A stretch of 64,000 nt of DNA from Eledone cirrhosa. Lineage: Eukaryota. Positions within the stretch are counted from its first letter, which is position 1, and each line of letters opens with the position of its first letter. The notes beneath the pieces are model-generated. The model had not been told where the DNA came from. It saw only the letters and a program-made list of their open reading frames with translations, and did not search any database. Positions 59,629 to 64,000 of the stretch are shown piece after piece. A program made the position numbers and the translations under genes. The DNA is taken from positions 113,956,001-114,020,000 of the forward strand of contig OZ024741.1 of the NCBI GenBank assembly GCA_964016885.1. The letters are read 5' to 3'.

Positions 59629-62049
59629 TCTTACTCTTTCTCTGGAAGAAATGTGCTGTGTTCAAACCTTGAAAGAGAATGGTCTCTCCCAGGTTTCAAA
59701 AATGTCCAATACACACCGTACATCACGACAGTGTCCATATGACTCATTCAGCAGTTATGGGTCCATATATGCATATAATAATTATTTCTTTATTTCTACT
59801 TTTGGCACAAGGCCAGCAATTATCCCAGTGTATTACTGGTACTTTATTTTATCGACCCCGTAAGGATGAAAGGCAAAGTTAACCTCGGCGGGATTTGAAC
59901 TCAGACCATAAAGGGCCGTAACTCTTTGCTGCAAAGCATGGCGTCAGACCCTCTACCGATATATATAATAATGATGAAAATTATTGTGTACAATGCTCAG
60001 GTGCATCTACAACTCATCAAAGGTGCATCTATAGTACATAGAATAATTGTTTCTACTTTGGGCACAAGGCCAACAATTACCCAGTGCATTACTGGTACTT
60101 TATTTTATCGACCCCATAAGGATGAAAGGCAAAGTTATAAAATAATGTACAAATTTCAGGAAAGTGAACAATGTATGAGTCATGATATACACACAGAAAC
60201 ACACATGCGTGCGTGTGTATGGAGAGGGAATACCATGTGTAGTGTTGGTGAATTTCGTGAAGTATGGAGGTTTTGAAGGATGCAGTGTCCCGACAGTTAA
60301 CAACTCTGAACATGAAAAAATGTTTCTGAAAGTCATTGGACCTGTACGGTTTTCAGGGTATGGTAGATGCCTGATGAAGGGTATTCGTTTGGTTGCATGT
60401 CTCTGAAAAGTTTCCAGGAGATCAATATCAAAAGGAGTTTTGGCCTACTAATTGCTTGAATAATCTTAGTCGTTCAATGTTTTCCAACTCAACTAGTTTC
60501 TCCACAGTCATATATGTGGTTAGGCTCCTAATCCTGAGATTGTGTGTTCTATTACTAGACTGGATGGTACATAAGAAAGTCACTTTACTTCATATTGCTC
60601 CAGTTCATTTAGCTGGAAAAAATGATTTGTGATGTCATTGGTACCAAGTTATATTGACCATTGACTTTCCTTTGGACAGCATTGATGGTGTACAGAGAGG
60701 AAAATGACATGCATGGGCAACTGCTAGTCTTCCATAAAAACATCTTGCCTGGGCTTGTGCCTTGGAGAGGAACTTTCTAACTGCAAAAACATGTCTACAC
60801 ATGTATGTGTGCATGCATGTGTATGTGTGCATCTATGAAAGCTCATGCATAAAAATGTACAAGTGCATTTAATGTACACATGAACTTAAATGAAGATGAT
60901 GACAATGAGATATATAGATATCTGGTGAAAGATAGACAAACACAAAGTATCATGAGTTTCATGATTTATTGAAAAGAAAAAAAGAACATTTCAAAGTGTC
61001 AGGTGTTAGTCCTTCATCAGGAAAAACTAAGTTATGGAGGGAGCAGAGGTTGGAAGATTAGAAAACAAAAAAGGGTCATGTGTGTGTGTGCAGATAGGTG
61101 TGTGAATATGTGTGTTGGAGTTGTGTATACATCATTTGAGATGGTGTGTGTGGTTTGGTCTTTGTGTGTGTTTGTGTATTTTGCCAATGGGAGTGTGTAT
61201 GTATCTTTATATATGTGTGCGTATGCATGTGTACCTATATTTTAAAAGATAATAATGTTGACAGCAATTTGAAAGGGGATTTCTGCTGGGACTGAATTGA
61301 AGGAAAATGTAGATAAGTGTGAATACCATCCAAGCTAGAAAGATAATCTTTAAAAAAAAATGGGAGCACCAGAGTATTGTTGCAATACAACTCAGATGAT
61401 TTCTTAGAATATTGGCAAGAAAATCAGTTTGGAGAAGCAAAAGTAAGTTTCATTTTATCATCATCATCATCACTGTTCAACATCTATTTTCTATGATTGC
61501 ATGGGTCAGCACTACACTTTACAGGCTGGACTGAATATCTTTTTTTTTTATTGTGGCACCAGCGCTTTGCCTTTCAGTGCAAATAAGGTGCTTTATAATA
61601 TGGTACCAACACTACCACTTTACAGAGTGGGCTAGGTGCTTTTTATCATAGCAGCAGCATTGGGGAAACAATAATTTGAGTCAGGTGAGTCATATGTTGT
61701 AGTGCACCTGAGCACTGTACATAATAATTATATTATTATTATTATACCATCACATGAGAAGAAGCGTCAGATCTGAAATGTAAGATGTATGAGCTGTTAC
61801 TTAGCACCAGCTCTATGGCTCAACAGCAGTGAAAGATAGATGTCCCTCTATATACAAGATCACTTACCAGACCTCCGGGACCTGAAAGCAGACTTGTTAC
61901 GCCTTACCAAAATTCTTGGAGGTCCTGTTTCAGTCCATAGGCAGAAGTGATGTTATAAATAGTAAATATGACCATTTTGTTATCATAATTCTAATAAAAG
62001 AGAGCGACTATAATTTTCAAATAATTTTGAAAATAATCGAGAATATAAG

Positions 62050-62200
62050 GAGCAGGTGTGGGGGAGGGCTTCTTATTACAAAGTTGGCGGATGGTCTGCC
62101 AGAACATTTTATTTGCTGATCTGAAGTCGGATTCCAGCTTAACCCCAAAGTCCTCCCATATCTTAACTTTGGACGTCTTTACTGTCTGCTGTGATTCTTC
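62050..62200 (-). pseudogene. RTE (Expander/Rex3-like) linker fragment
   Basis: VKTSKVKIWEDFGVKLESDFRSANKMFWQTIRQL matches the typical RTE linker between EN and RT (WEEFG...DF.SA.K.FWQTIRRL). Confidence 0.7.
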
Positions 62201-63012
62201 ATGCCTGCTTGTACCACTAATGCAAGAAGGAGGACTTATTTCCAAGCCAAGATTTGTAAGCCTGAATATGAGGAGATTTACTAAATCTGAATATAAGGAG
62301 ATTTAGTAAAATAACCGACTGATGTTTGAAAGATAAGAAAGAATCTTACATTAAAATTATGATGGAAGGTTTCTAGATAAATATAAACACTTTAAAATAT
62401 ACCGTTTTGTATTGTAGAACCAGAGGCAGTTTCAGGTGGCTTAGTATAAAAAAAATGTTAAATTCAAAATATTTAACCAACAAGTTAGTCACCATTGATA
62501 ATTTAGTTAAATTCTATGTGTTGCCAAAATCCTCCAACAATTACTGAACCATTCAAAATTGTCAACCAGATGCTTAACCGTTCCATCATTGTCACTATTA
62601 ATGTTTATTTTCCATGCTTGCATGAGTTAGAGAAATTGTCATGTACTGAGGCAAGACTGGTCAATTGACCACATTTTGCTCAGGTGCTACATTTTTGGCT
62701 TGGTTTCAATGACTGGAAACCCTTCCCAATGCCAACCACTTTACAGCTTGTACAGGAAGCACTTTATAGTGACTCCAGTACTTTATTAACCATATTTCTA
62801 ATGAAGTACACTGCCTAAATTTTCAATTAATTTCTAAAATAATCAAGAATTACTATTGAACTACGAAAATAACCTCAAAAGAGAATATAAAGAGAAACCA
62901 GAATAACACAATATAGACACAAGCATAGTTAATGTTTTTAAAGAAACAAACACCAGTACTTCGAATATCTATTTCAAGGTAATTTTTTTTTATTTCTATT
63001 ATTACACCCATC

Positions 63013-63670
63013 GGTGGATTGGCAGTATCGGTAGAGGGTCGGACGGCATGCTTTGCAGCATAGAGTTACGGCCCTTTATGATCTGAGTTCAAATCCTGCC
63101 GAGGTTAACTTTGCCTTTCATCCTTACGGGGTCGATAAAATAAAGTACCAGTCACGCACTGGGGTCGATTTAATCGACTTTCCCCTCCTCCCTCCCTCCC
63201 CCCCAAATTGCTGGCCTTGTGCCTATATAAGAAACCATTATACAAACATCTAGTGGTGGTGGATTGGCAGTATAGGTAAAGTGTCAGGCATGCTTCGCGG
63301 CATAGAGTTACGGCCCTTTGAGTTCTGATTTCAAATCTCGCCGACGTTAGCTTTGCTTTTCATCCTTACGGGGTCGATAAAATAAAGTATCAGTAATGCA
63401 CTGCGTCAATTTAATCAACTTTCCCTTCCCCCAAAAATCATTGGCCTTGTGCCTAAATCAGAAAACTTTATTATACTTAGGGCGGTGAATTGGCAGTATC
63501 GGTAGAGGGTCGGACATGCTTTCCAGCATAGTTACGTCCCTTTACGATCTGAGTTCAAATCCCGCCGAGGTTAACTTTGCTTTTCATCCTTACGGGGTCG
63601 ATAAAATAAAGTGTCAGTAATATACTGGAATAATTGCTGGCCTTGTGCCAAAAGTAGAAACAATTATTAT
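63013..63670 (+). mobile_element. Three head-to-tail copies of tRNA-headed SINE family 1
   Basis: Each copy has an A-box-like TGGCAGTATCGG and a B-box GAGTTCAAATCC, then GAGGTTAACTTTGCCTTTCATCCTTACGGGGTCGATAAAATAAAGTACCAG and the tail GGCCTTGTGCC..AGAAAC(ATT)n. Units: ~63013-63240, 63256-63472, 63480-63670. Confidence 0.9.
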
Positions 63671-64000
63671 ACTTATCTCCAAGACAGAGACATGAATAAA
63701 CTTCTTTTTTTTTTTTTTTAACGATAGTTAGTTGATAGGTTTGGTTGGAACTTTGTGGGTGAAATTTATTTTTCCTGTGATTTTTTTATATTTTGATCGA
63801 ACATGACCTCCAAAACTGTCGTAAATTACTTGTTTTCTGTGATTTCCCCACCCGGGAACTCCATAATAATAATAATAAATCACCTTTAACAATGTTTTTT
63901 TTTAAGTATAACATGCAATTTAAACAAGCCAAGTGTAAAAGATTTGCGATCCAGGGATGGGTGAGCCGAGAATATCTGATGCCTGCCTCCCCTAGAAAAA

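Noticed and set aside
61868-61881. Possible 14-nt minus-strand microexon (TTTCAG / GTAAGT)
   Set aside because: No frame or gene context; cannot be supported from sequence alone.
63013-63100. tRNA gene (A/B boxes, GTTCAAATCC)
   Set aside because: No cloverleaf; it runs into a repeated SINE body and tail.

Overview
AT-rich, microsatellite-dense eukaryotic DNA that is intergenic or lies inside a very large intron. No host protein-coding exon can be recognised with confidence. The repeat content ((AT)n/(CA)n tracts, RTE LINEs with (GAT)n tails, several tRNA-headed SINE families, TTAA-flanked MITEs) suggests a mollusc, probably an octopus; this is inference only. Mobile elements dominate. They include three young 5'-truncated copies of one RTE-clade LINE, whose reverse transcriptase carries a PHD-type Cys4-His-Cys3 finger between its last two RT motifs, plus older RTE relics. 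Also present are a Penelope-like (GIY-YIG) insertion with an inverted pseudo-LTR and a 102-bp fold-back, a decayed Helitron with an intact CTAG 3' end, a decayed piggyBac transposase with two TTAA MITE families, CRE-like restriction-endonuclease fragments, hAT MITEs and many SINEs. The most notable observations are the RT-embedded PHD finger, outward-facing twin-(GAT)n-tail insertions in (AT)n, a ~750-bp near-identical inverted LINE pair, and several fold-back palindromes. I see no clear evidence of a wholly new gene system. Boundaries of decayed elements are approximate and were read by eye.
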